Sequence record: OR565852
DNA: 44,932 bases
Direction: 5' to 3' (one strand)
Source of the DNA: Citrobacter phage phiNP
The position numbers and the translations under genes are program-made. Below, piece after piece: positions 37,156 through 44,932 of this stretch. The number at the start of each line of letters is the position of its first letter. Within the stretch, counting starts at the first letter, position 1. The notes beneath the pieces were generated by a model. It made no database searches and was not told where the DNA came from. It saw nothing but the letters and a program-made list of their open reading frames with translations.

Positions 37156-38001
37156 TTGTTAATAAGGAATTTTATGTCTCAGGTAGACAGCGGTACTTTT
37201 AAGCAGGTTAAAGATCTGGTTCTTTCTGGTTATCACCTGAATGATATTAACGGCCTGGCTTGCCCAACAGCATTACTCCCGGAAGAAACTCGCGTTGAAA
37301 GCCTCGAGCGCTTTTCTCTTGAGCGCTTCCGTTTCCGTGGGGCCATGACCACAACCAGCATTGATGATTTTGCCCGTTATTCTAAAGGCTACGCCAGTAC
37401 CGAGGAACCTGCTCGCTGCTTTATTGATGCGGACAATATGACTGCGCGATCCGTGTTCAATATCGGCACGCTGGATAATCCGGGCCATGCTGATAACGTT
37501 GCTGCAATCACCCTGAAGCAGACTGCGCCTTTCCGCGCGCTGCTGGCGATCAACGGCGACCGCCTGAAGCAAAAGCAAATCGCTGAATGGCTGGAAGACT
37601 GGAGTGATTATCTGCTGGCCTTTGATGCTGACGGAAATACCATGCAAATTTCACAGGCTGCTCAGGCTGTTCGACGCATCACTATCCAGCAGGCCACCCA
37701 ACAAGATCATGAAGACGGTGATTTCAGCGGGAAAAAATCGCTGATGCAGAGTGTTGAGGCCAGCAGCAAAGATGTTATGCCTGTAGCGTTTGAGTTCAAA
37801 TGCGTGCCATACGAAGGGCTTGGTGAGCGTGCATTCAGCCTGCGCAATAGTCTGCTCACTGGTGACGAACCGCGTTTTGTACTGCGCATTGTTCAACTGG
37901 AAGCGCAGGAAGAAGCGATCGCCAACGAATTCCGCGACCTGCTGATCGGCAAATTCGACGGCGAGCCAGTGGAAACCTTTATCGGTAACTTTAAAGCGTA
38001 A
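37156..38001 (+). CDS. YfdQ-like (DUF2303) prophage protein
   Basis: 281 aa; resemblance to CPS-53 prophage YfdQ recalled from memory. Confidence 0.5.
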   Translation: MLIRNFMSQVDSGTFKQVKDLVLSGYHLNDINGLACPTALLPEETRVESLERFSLERFRFRGAMTTTSIDDFARYSKGYASTEEPARCFIDADNMTARSVFNIGTLDNPGHADNVAAITLKQTAPFRALLAINGDRLKQKQIAEWLEDWSDYLLAFDADGNTMQISQAAQAVRRITIQQATQQDHEDGDFSGKKSLMQSVEASSKDVMPVAFEFKCVPYEGLGERAFSLRNSLLTGDEPRFVLRIVQLEAQEEAIANEFRDLLIGKFDGEPVETFIGNFKA

Positions 38002-38139
38002 TTGCTCAGCCTTAATTGCCCTGCCCCGCGGGGCAATTAGTGAAGCGTAATTCATTTAAATATCGCCATCTGGCGAGGGATTCGTGCAACCAAAAATCAG
38101 CCGAAGGTGCAGCTGCGAATAAATGGAGAAATAAAACCG

Positions 38140-38682
38140 ATGAGCTACATACAGACATTATCAGGCAAGAAATTCGACTATGTGAATGCCACTGTTGACG
38201 ATATTGAGATCGAAGATATAGCGACCGCGCTTTCCCATATCTGCCGCTTTGCCGGCCACCTGCCGGAGTTCTACTCCGTGGCCCAACACTCAGTTCTGTG
38301 CAGCCAGCTGGTAGAGCCTGAGTTTGCCTTTGAAGCGCTGATGCACGACGCCGCAGAAGCGTATTGTCAGGATATTCCCGCACCGCTTAAAGCCCTGCTG
38401 CCGGACTACCGCCGGATTGAGGCGTTTGTCGACGAACTGATCCGCTTTAAATTCAATCTGCCGCTCACACAGTCTCCTGTAGTGAAATATGCCGATCTGA
38501 CAATGCTGGCTACCGAACGCCGGGATCTGGACATTGACGACGGTACATCGTGGCCCATCCTCGAAGGAATCCCCACCAGCGACCTTATCCAGATCGCTCC
38601 TCTTCGCCCGGGCCAGGCTTACGGACTTTTCATGACCCGCTTTAACGAACTGATGGAGCTGCGCGCATGCAACACCATATGA
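38140..38682 (+). CDS. HD-domain phosphohydrolase (YfdR-like 5'-deoxynucleotidase)
   Basis: HD-domain signature (H..HS..LCSQL...HDAAEAY); likely start MSYIQTLSGKKFDY at 38140 within track ORF 38107-38682. Confidence 0.65.
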   Translation: MSYIQTLSGKKFDYVNATVDDIEIEDIATALSHICRFAGHLPEFYSVAQHSVLCSQLVEPEFAFEALMHDAAEAYCQDIPAPLKALLPDYRRIEAFVDELIRFKFNLPLTQSPVVKYADLTMLATERRDLDIDDGTSWPILEGIPTSDLIQIAPLRPGQAYGLFMTRFNELMELRACNTI

Positions 38683-38867
38683 AAGTAAAAGAACTGGTTG
38701 CCGCGGCACGCATGGCAGCGTCTGACCTTCCACCAGCAGCGGCACAGTTAATGCGTGAAGTCGCCACCAGACTGGATGTGACCTTTGTTGCCCTGAGTGA
38801 AGCTCTGGATCAGCGCGTCACCCTTATGGCAGAGAACGAAATTTTACGCGGGGATAAATCGCAATGA
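38667..38867 (+). CDS. Hypothetical small protein
   Basis: 66 aa, in operon context. Confidence 0.35.
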   Translation: MQHHMKVKELVAAARMAASDLPPAAAQLMREVATRLDVTFVALSEALDQRVTLMAENEILRGDKSQ

Positions 38868-39190
38868 ACGAACAAACTACAGTTAAACACCTCCATTTCT
38901 ACGGTGCCAGCGATGATCTGCTGGAATGCGAAGGCGCGATCCGCGAGGAGATTGGTTGCTATAACTCTCCAGGCATCTATCACCTCAAATCCGCCGAGGG
39001 TGAAATGCAGGTTGTCGGTTATTACCTCGACTCCGGGCTGTGGAGCATCGGAATCAGCCAGGTCGCCGAAGATACGCCGCTGCCAGCGTGGCCCGTCACT
39101 TACGCCATGCATGAGCGTGGTTACAGTGTCCAGCTCACCATCACTGTGCCGGACGACGCCATTCTGGTTTTGTCAGAGGAAGATGAATGA
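38864..39190 (+). CDS. Hypothetical protein
   Basis: 108 aa; start overlaps the stop of the upstream ORF. Confidence 0.4.
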   Translation: MNEQTTVKHLHFYGASDDLLECEGAIREEIGCYNSPGIYHLKSAEGEMQVVGYYLDSGLWSIGISQVAEDTPLPAWPVTYAMHERGYSVQLTITVPDDAILVLSEEDE

Positions 39191-39918
39191 GCATTACCCT
39201 GCATAACGCCGACTGCTTCGATGTTTTTCCGACGATTGCCAGCGGTTCCGTAGACATGGTGTGTGCGGATATTCCCTACGGTACCACGCAGTGCTGCTGG
39301 GATTCGGTGCTTGACCTCGAGGTGATGTGGCATGAACTGTACCGCATCGCCAAGCCGTCAGCGGCAATTGTCCTGTTTTCGGCTCAACCGTTTACCGCGG
39401 TGCTGGTCGGCAGCAACCTGGCGGACTGGCGATCCGAGTGGATTTGGGAAAAAGGCAACGCCACCGGCTTCCTTAATGCCAAAAAACAGCCGTTGCGTGC
39501 CCATGAAAATATAGAGGTGTTTTATCGTCGCCAGCCGACATACAACCCGCAGTTTACCCATGGTCATGCGCGCAGAACATCGAAGCGCAAAACCGTCAAT
39601 TCGGAGTGCTACGGCAAAGCGCTGACGCTGACTAAGTATGACTCAACCAGCCGGTACCCGCGCGATGTGCAGTTTTTCTCGAGTGACAAGCAAACCGGTA
39701 ATTTCCATCCCACCCAGAAGCCGCTGGCGCTGGTTCAGTACCTGATCGAGACCTACAGCAACCCCGGCGATACGGTGCTGGATTTCACAATGGGAAGCGG
39801 TACCGCAGGAGTCGCCTGCCTGCGTGTCGGGCGCTGCTTTATTGGCATTGAGAAAGACACCTCAATATTTCAGGTCGCGCGTCATCGTATAGGGACTAAG
39901 CAGGAGCATGCAGCATGA
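39187..39918 (+). CDS. DNA methyltransferase (N4/N6 class)
   Basis: 243 aa; DIPYG motif-IV variant near the N-terminus, FTMGSGT AdoMet-binding motif near the C-terminus. Confidence 0.7.
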   Translation: MSITLHNADCFDVFPTIASGSVDMVCADIPYGTTQCCWDSVLDLEVMWHELYRIAKPSAAIVLFSAQPFTAVLVGSNLADWRSEWIWEKGNATGFLNAKKQPLRAHENIEVFYRRQPTYNPQFTHGHARRTSKRKTVNSECYGKALTLTKYDSTSRYPRDVQFFSSDKQTGNFHPTQKPLALVQYLIETYSNPGDTVLDFTMGSGTAGVACLRVGRCFIGIEKDTSIFQVARHRIGTKQEHAA

Positions 39919-40112
39919 AGATCCGCTGTTTTTTCGGGCTTCATAAATGGGTGCTGTTCAAGAAAGAGCTTCACCCATATCAATCTCTTAACGGACTGCA
40001 GCCAACTATTATTTTCCACTATGGGTGTAATGGCTGCGGCAAGACCAGAACAGAGACTCGCGAAGAGGGTTACTGGCATTCTTTTAAACCATCAGATTTG
40101 GAGCACATGTAA
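39915..40112 (+). CDS. Hypothetical small Cys-rich protein
   Basis: 65 aa containing CNGCGK; coupled to neighbours. Confidence 0.3.
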   Translation: MKIRCFFGLHKWVLFKKELHPYQSLNGLQPTIIFHYGCNGCGKTRTETREEGYWHSFKPSDLEHM

Positions 40113-40679
40113 TGAACCACCTTATGATCGACCTAGAAACGATGGGTAATAAGCCTGCTGCGCCAATTGTCGCGATCGGCGCTGTGTTTTTCGACCCGAA
40201 AAGCGGTGAGCTGGGCGCCGAGTTCTATGTGGCCGTCAACCTCGCCAGCGCCATGGATCAGGGTGCTACCCCTGACGGTGACACGATCCTGTGGTGGCTG
40301 AAGCAATCAGCGGAAGCTCGCGCTGCTATTTGTACCGACGACACTAAGAACATCGCCGAAGCGCTCTCCGAGCTTAGGTCATTTATTAGCCGTAACTCTG
40401 ACAAACCGCGTTATCTGAAAGTCTGGGGCAATGGCGCCAATTTCGACAACGTTATTTTGCGTTCAGCCTATGAACGCGCCGGCCAAACCTGCCCGTGGCA
40501 ATTCTGGAACGACAGCGACGTGCAGCACCATGGTGCTGCTCGGCAAACAGCTTGGTTTCGATCCAAAGCGCGATATGCCATTTGATGGTGTAGCCCACAA
40601 CGCACTGGCCGATGCCCACCACCAGGTGAAATATGTATCGGCAATCTGGCAGCGACTATTGCCCGCCAGCGCCGAATAA
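40112..40679 (+). pseudogene. DEDDh 3'-5' exonuclease interrupted by a frameshift
   Basis: Exo I (MIDLETMG) and Exo II (GNGANFDNV) motifs in frame of ORF 40112-40585; Exo III motif (HNALADAHH) in the overlapping +1 ORF 40431-40679. Confidence 0.5.
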
Positions 40680-40709
40680 TACCCCTAATAGCCCGGGTGC
40701 AGCCGGGCA

Positions 40710-40928
40710 ATGGAGAAATTTATGCTGAGCCTCGATTGTGTTCCCATCTCAACTTATTGCAAAGAGACAGGCGAAACTCCTGATGCGATCAACAAGCGCG
40801 TACAGCGCGGTGTGTGGCGTGAAGGGGTTCAGGTGCTGAAAGTCGAAGGCGTTAAGGAGAGATGGATAGATCTTAGTGAGGTTGCAAAATGGGCCAGACA
40901 GAATCGCCTAAACTCCCGCGCGGCGTAA
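40710..40928 (+). CDS. xis: Excisionase-like protein
   Basis: 72 aa immediately upstream of and overlapping the integrase gene. Confidence 0.55.
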   Translation: MEKFMLSLDCVPISTYCKETGETPDAINKRVQRGVWREGVQVLKVEGVKERWIDLSEVAKWARQNRLNSRAA

Positions 40929-42055
40929 CCATCAGGAAACATCGCAACGGTCAAACCATCAATATTACTTTTACATATAAAGGGGTGAAATGCCGTGAGC
41001 CTCTTTCTAATCTGGACGTAACCCCTAAAAATATCAAATACGCCGAGCGCACACTCGGCGAAATCCATAACAAGATCGAAAGGGGAACGTTTGTTTACGC
41101 GGAATACTTTCCCCGTTCTACCCGATTAAAAATTTTCGGAAACGCTGCCGCAGGAAAAACGGTGAAGATGTATCTGGATGAGTATCTGGTGATCTGCGAA
41201 ACGAGGAAGCTTTCCCCTTCGACAATAGGCGGGTACAAGAAATGCCGAAGCGCATTGTCATCACTTCATATTTATCCTGCAAGTGAGTTGACGCCGGCTG
41301 CATTGAAGACATGGATCCAGAACCAGAAAACGACATTGAAGACCATCCGAAACCAGTTGTCATTCCTGCGTTCTGCATTGGATGAAGCAGTGACAGATGG
41401 TGTGCTTCAGATTAACCCTGTATCTCTGGTAACAGCCTCACGATACCAAAGTGATAAATCAGAGGCAGAAAGTAGTTATGTGGTTGATCCGCTATCACCA
41501 GCAGAAGTTGATGCTTTGCTCTCTGCTACTGGCAATAAGCAGTGGGAGAATCTTTTCCGGTTCGCGATACAAACAGGGCTGCGTAGTTCCGAATTGTGTG
41601 CTCTTCGTTGGCGTGATATCGACTTTGTAGGGAAGACTGCCCATATCCAGAGCGCCAGTGTTGTTGGTGTGATCAAAGGGACCAAGACAAAAGCAGGTAC
41701 CCGTAAAGTTGAACTCACAGATGAAGCAATGTCGGCTCTGATAAATCAGAAACCGTTCACGTTCATGAAGGGCGCTACTGTCTTTGAGGATCCAAAGACC
41801 AATAAGCCGTGGGCAAGTGCTGATGCAATTAGAAAAAAGGCATGGGTGCCGACATTGCGAAAGGCTGGTATTCGGTACAGAAACCCATATCAGACTAGAC
41901 ATACATTCGCCACATGCCATATCAGCCGGGGAACAAACTTGTTCTGGCTTGCGACTCAAATGGGACATAAAGGCCCAGAGATGCTTTTCCGTCACTACGG
42001 CTCATATCTGAAGGAATATGATGGACAAACAAGCCTGAAGAAGATAAAAATATAA
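40889..42055 (+). CDS. int: Tyrosine integrase
   Basis: 388 aa; N-terminal arm-binding-type segment (LPRGVTIRKHRNGQ) and C-terminal catalytic region (RHTFATCHI...HYGSY). Confidence 0.85.
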   Translation: MGQTESPKLPRGVTIRKHRNGQTINITFTYKGVKCREPLSNLDVTPKNIKYAERTLGEIHNKIERGTFVYAEYFPRSTRLKIFGNAAAGKTVKMYLDEYLVICETRKLSPSTIGGYKKCRSALSSLHIYPASELTPAALKTWIQNQKTTLKTIRNQLSFLRSALDEAVTDGVLQINPVSLVTASRYQSDKSEAESSYVVDPLSPAEVDALLSATGNKQWENLFRFAIQTGLRSSELCALRWRDIDFVGKTAHIQSASVVGVIKGTKTKAGTRKVELTDEAMSALINQKPFTFMKGATVFEDPKTNKPWASADAIRKKAWVPTLRKAGIRYRNPYQTRHTFATCHISRGTNLFWLATQMGHKGPEMLFRHYGSYLKEYDGQTSLKKIKI

Positions 42056-42058
42056 TCC

Positions 42059-43846
42059 ATGTCTGAATTATTGGCCGCAATTTGTGGCCATTTCATGGAA
42101 CAAGGTACAAACATGGCAAATCCAATAACCAAACTAAAAAAAATAAACGTTGTAAAATTTCGAGGACTAAAAAATATAAATATAGAATTTGGTTCGCGAC
42201 TAACTGTTATTTGTGGTAAAAACGGCACATCTAAATCGACAATTCTTGGTATTATCGCCCAAATTTTTAGTTTTACAAAAGATCTGTCTAAGAACCCCGA
42301 GGTTGATTTAACACAATATAAGACATTAACTAATGGCACCTTCAAGTCAGCTTTCAGTGAACATTTTAGACTTTCAGAACAATTTGATACTGCAGGTTCA
42401 ATGGAAGTCAGGATTAGTGTTTATGATGGTGCATCTAACAAACATCTTGAAAAGCTAACATTGGGTCTATACAGCTCCAGTGACAGGGATAAATCAAGGC
42501 CAATAGTCAGGGGCAATGATTCCATACCGGGGAAAAACCAAAGTAGAAACGTCACTCATCCAGTTATTTTTCTAAGCTTAGCAAGACTTCTCCCTATTAC
42601 TCTACGGACTGATTACTCAACAAGGGATGTTCAGTATATCAATGAAAACGCAGATGATATAAGAATAATGAGCAATCAACTCTTACTTAAGAATAATGGG
42701 TGCTCAGTAACAGCCACGAAAGGGACGATCGATTCAATGGTCGTACACGGCGATAATTACGACCATCAATCAGTCTCTGTTGGTGAGGATAATGTTGGAC
42801 AATTAATTCAAGCAATATTTTCCTTTAAAAGGCTAAAAGAACTTTATGACGATTATCATGGAGGTATTTTATTAATTGATGAAGCGGACGCAGGTCTTTT
42901 CCCTGCTGCTCAGTTAGAATTAATTGACATTCTAGCTAAAGCAGCTAAAAAATATGACTTGCAAATAATCATGACTTCTCACTCACCATTAATAATAGAA
43001 GATATTTTCAATCGTTCCAAACAAGATGCCAACGGATTTAAAACAATATATCTGACAGATACTTATGGTGATATTAAAACAAAAGACAATCTATCATGGG
43101 CCGATATCAATGCTGATTTGCATGTTGAAACTGTAAAAATAAATGATGAGATTAGCCTTCCAAAAGCCAACGTATATTTTGAAGATAAAGAAGGCTTCGA
43201 TTTTTTCAAACAATTGATAATTGATAGAAGAATAAACAGAATATTGAATCCATTAGGAAACATAAATATTAGTTGTACTGCTATCCTAGATTTAATGGCT
43301 AGAAAAGTCCCTGAGTTTACTAACAAAAGCCTAGTTGTCTTAGACGGTGATGTTGCTCTCGATAACAGTGACAATGCTAAAAAAGCGAAAAAAGAGAGAA
43401 GCTTATGCTTGCTTCCAGGCATTCTTCCCCCAGATCAAATGATTTTTGAATTCTTATATAACTTACCTCCAGACGATATATATTGGAACAATAAAAATAG
43501 ATTTACAAAAGCAGTATTTATGAAAATAACAAAAGACATAATTACAACATTAAAAATAAGTAACTATCCTATTGATTTACTAAATTCTATAGAGAATTAT
43601 AAAAAATCAAACAAAAACCATGGCGGAGTGGTTAGAAAACTATTTAAAGATTTTGTCCATACGCCTGAGTTCCTAGCACAAGTAAAAGGGCGAGTTAAAG
43701 ATAATCCTTATCGATATTGGGTCGAGAAACACCCCGTAGAATCCGATAATTTCAAGCATGAATTAATCAAAAACCTTAAAATTATTATGACAAATGGACA
43801 TGGCGTTGACTCTGCTACCATCACTTCGTATCTGTCTGGCAACTAA
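42059..43846 (+). CDS. OLD-family-like ATP-dependent nuclease (ABC ATPase + putative TOPRIM)
   Basis: 595 aa, AT-rich; Walker A GKNGTSKST, Walker B ILLIDEADAG, H-loop MTSHSP; C-terminal candidate TOPRIM Glu (YFEDKEG) and DxD (VVLDGDVALD). Confidence 0.65.
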   Translation: MSELLAAICGHFMEQGTNMANPITKLKKINVVKFRGLKNINIEFGSRLTVICGKNGTSKSTILGIIAQIFSFTKDLSKNPEVDLTQYKTLTNGTFKSAFSEHFRLSEQFDTAGSMEVRISVYDGASNKHLEKLTLGLYSSSDRDKSRPIVRGNDSIPGKNQSRNVTHPVIFLSLARLLPITLRTDYSTRDVQYINENADDIRIMSNQLLLKNNGCSVTATKGTIDSMVVHGDNYDHQSVSVGEDNVGQLIQAIFSFKRLKELYDDYHGGILLIDEADAGLFPAAQLELIDILAKAAKKYDLQIIMTSHSPLIIEDIFNRSKQDANGFKTIYLTDTYGDIKTKDNLSWADINADLHVETVKINDEISLPKANVYFEDKEGFDFFKQLIIDRRINRILNPLGNINISCTAILDLMARKVPEFTNKSLVVLDGDVALDNSDNAKKAKKERSLCLLPGILPPDQMIFEFLYNLPPDDIYWNNKNRFTKAVFMKITKDIITTLKISNYPIDLLNSIENYKKSNKNHGGVVRKLFKDFVHTPEFLAQVKGRVKDNPYRYWVEKHPVESDNFKHELIKNLKIIMTNGHGVDSATITSYLSGN

Positions 43847-43854
43847 TTGATTGA

Positions 43855-43891
43855 AAAGGGCTTTATATGATGGCCATAAAGCCCTTTTTTT
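43855..43891 (+). terminator. Rho-independent terminator between the OLD-like and Dam-like genes
   Basis: Perfect 12-bp inverted repeat AAAGGGCTTTAT/ATAAAGCCCTTT followed by a T-run. Confidence 0.6.
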
Positions 43892-43925
43892 GATATACTT
43901 TAGACTTGACATTTAGAGGTATCAT

Positions 43926-44807
43926 ATGCGTTTTAACACCCCACTTCGTTATCCTGGCGGCAAAGGCAAGCTTTCTAATTTCATGCTTCGGATTATTGAA
44001 GATAATAAGCTTTCGCCTATACATTATGCAGAGCCATATGCTGGGGGTGCTGGTTTAGCGCTGAAGCTGTTACACTTAAATGTAGCTGAAAAAATCATTC
44101 TTAATGATATTAATATCTCAGTTTATGCTTTTTGGCACAGTGTATTAAATAATGCAGATCATTTATGTGCTTTAATTGAGGATACTGAAGTCACAATGGA
44201 TGAGTGGTTCAAACAGAAAGAAATAATTAATCATCCAAGAGACCATGATATGCTAACAATTGGTTTTTCTACCTTTTTTCTTAATAGAACAAATCGTTCT
44301 GGAATATTAAAAGGCGGTGTAATTGGTGGTAAAAATCAAGAAGGGCAATGGAAACTTGATGCTCGTTATAACAAGAGCGATTTAATTTCTCGGATTCAGA
44401 AAATATCAAAAAACCGTGAAAGAATAGATTTGTATAACATGGATGCAATTGATTTCATAAAAAAAATAGTTGTTCAATTGCCTAAAAAATCATTAACATA
44501 TTTAGATCCGCCATATTATATAAAAGGTAAGGGATTATATATCAATCATTATGAACATAGTGACCATGTTAATGTTGCAAAAGTAGTGCAGCATGATATT
44601 AAAACACCGTGGATTGTTTCTTACGATAACACTCCTGAGATCCAAGGTATGTATAAGGCATCATCATTAGTGTATGGAATAAACTACAGTGCTCAAGATC
44701 GATATAAGGGCTCAGAAGTGATGTTCTTCAGTAAACGATTGAAAGTCTTTAAAACCGATGATCCAACTAAGGTAAAAGCACCTACCAATAAAAATGCTAT
44801 GAGCTAG
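43926..44807 (+). CDS. Dam-like (D12 class) N6-adenine DNA methyltransferase
   Basis: 293 aa, AT-rich; N-terminal YPGGKGKL, AEPYAGGAG AdoMet motif, FFLNRTNRSG, DPPYY catalytic motif. Confidence 0.75.
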   Translation: MRFNTPLRYPGGKGKLSNFMLRIIEDNKLSPIHYAEPYAGGAGLALKLLHLNVAEKIILNDINISVYAFWHSVLNNADHLCALIEDTEVTMDEWFKQKEIINHPRDHDMLTIGFSTFFLNRTNRSGILKGGVIGGKNQEGQWKLDARYNKSDLISRIQKISKNRERIDLYNMDAIDFIKKIVVQLPKKSLTYLDPPYYIKGKGLYINHYEHSDHVNVAKVVQHDIKTPWIVSYDNTPEIQGMYKASSLVYGINYSAQDRYKGSEVMFFSKRLKVFKTDDPTKVKAPTNKNAMS

Positions 44808-44896
44808 ACGACTACCCACGGACAGAAAAAGCGCCGTAAAAGAGCCGCAGCAAAGTCACTTTTTAATAAATCATTTTTAATCAAAAAGATAATAAG

Positions 44897-44932
44897 TTTC
44901 GGACGCTGGTTCAACTCCCGCCAGCTCCACCA
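44897..44932 (+). repeat. attR; partial copy of the ssrA 3' end
   Basis: 36 nt TTTCGGACGCTGGTTCAACTCCCGCCAGCTCCACCA; final 25 nt are identical to 1-25; one mismatch to the remembered ssrA sequence; upstream flank is phage coding DNA. Confidence 0.7.

Noticed and set aside
43926-44807. Dam-like gene as the cognate methylase of a classical type II restriction system
   Set aside because: No adjacent gene resembles a type II restriction endonuclease; the only neighbour is the OLD-like ATPase, so a classical system is not supported, although a non-canonical pairing is flagged in the findings.

Overview
The window appears to be one essentially complete ~44.9-kb temperate prophage, bounded by identical 25-nt direct repeats (1-25 and 44908-44932) that match, from memory, the 3' terminus of the tmRNA gene ssrA including CCA. 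All protein calls rest on motif and family recognition from the translated ORF track, not on database searches. The phage is mosaic. A lambda-like packaging and head module (terminase small and large subunits, gpW-like, portal, S49 protease, acidic scaffold-like protein, gpD-like, gpE-like major capsid) joins a Mu-like contractile tail (sheath, tube, frameshifted chaperone, tape measure with a lytic transglycosylase domain, DNA circulation protein, baseplate gp44-48 homologues, tail fibre and assembly chaperone). These, the lysis cassette, a Q-like late regulator, a nin-like region, a replication initiator with internal iterons and cro are all on the minus strand. cI, a YfdPQR-like early-left operon, xis and int are on the plus strand. 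Cargo sits at both ends: an SOS-box-controlled dinI-like gene, hicAB and an AT-rich hexapeptide acetyltransferase next to attL, and an AT-rich OLD-family ATPase/TOPRIM nuclease plus Dam-like methyltransferase between int and attR. The most interesting signals are that right-end nuclease-methyltransferase island, a ~0.9-kb ORF-free structured leader downstream of the OL-like operator, five DNA methyltransferases in one prophage, and a glycosyltransferase-fold gene cluster between lysis and terminase.
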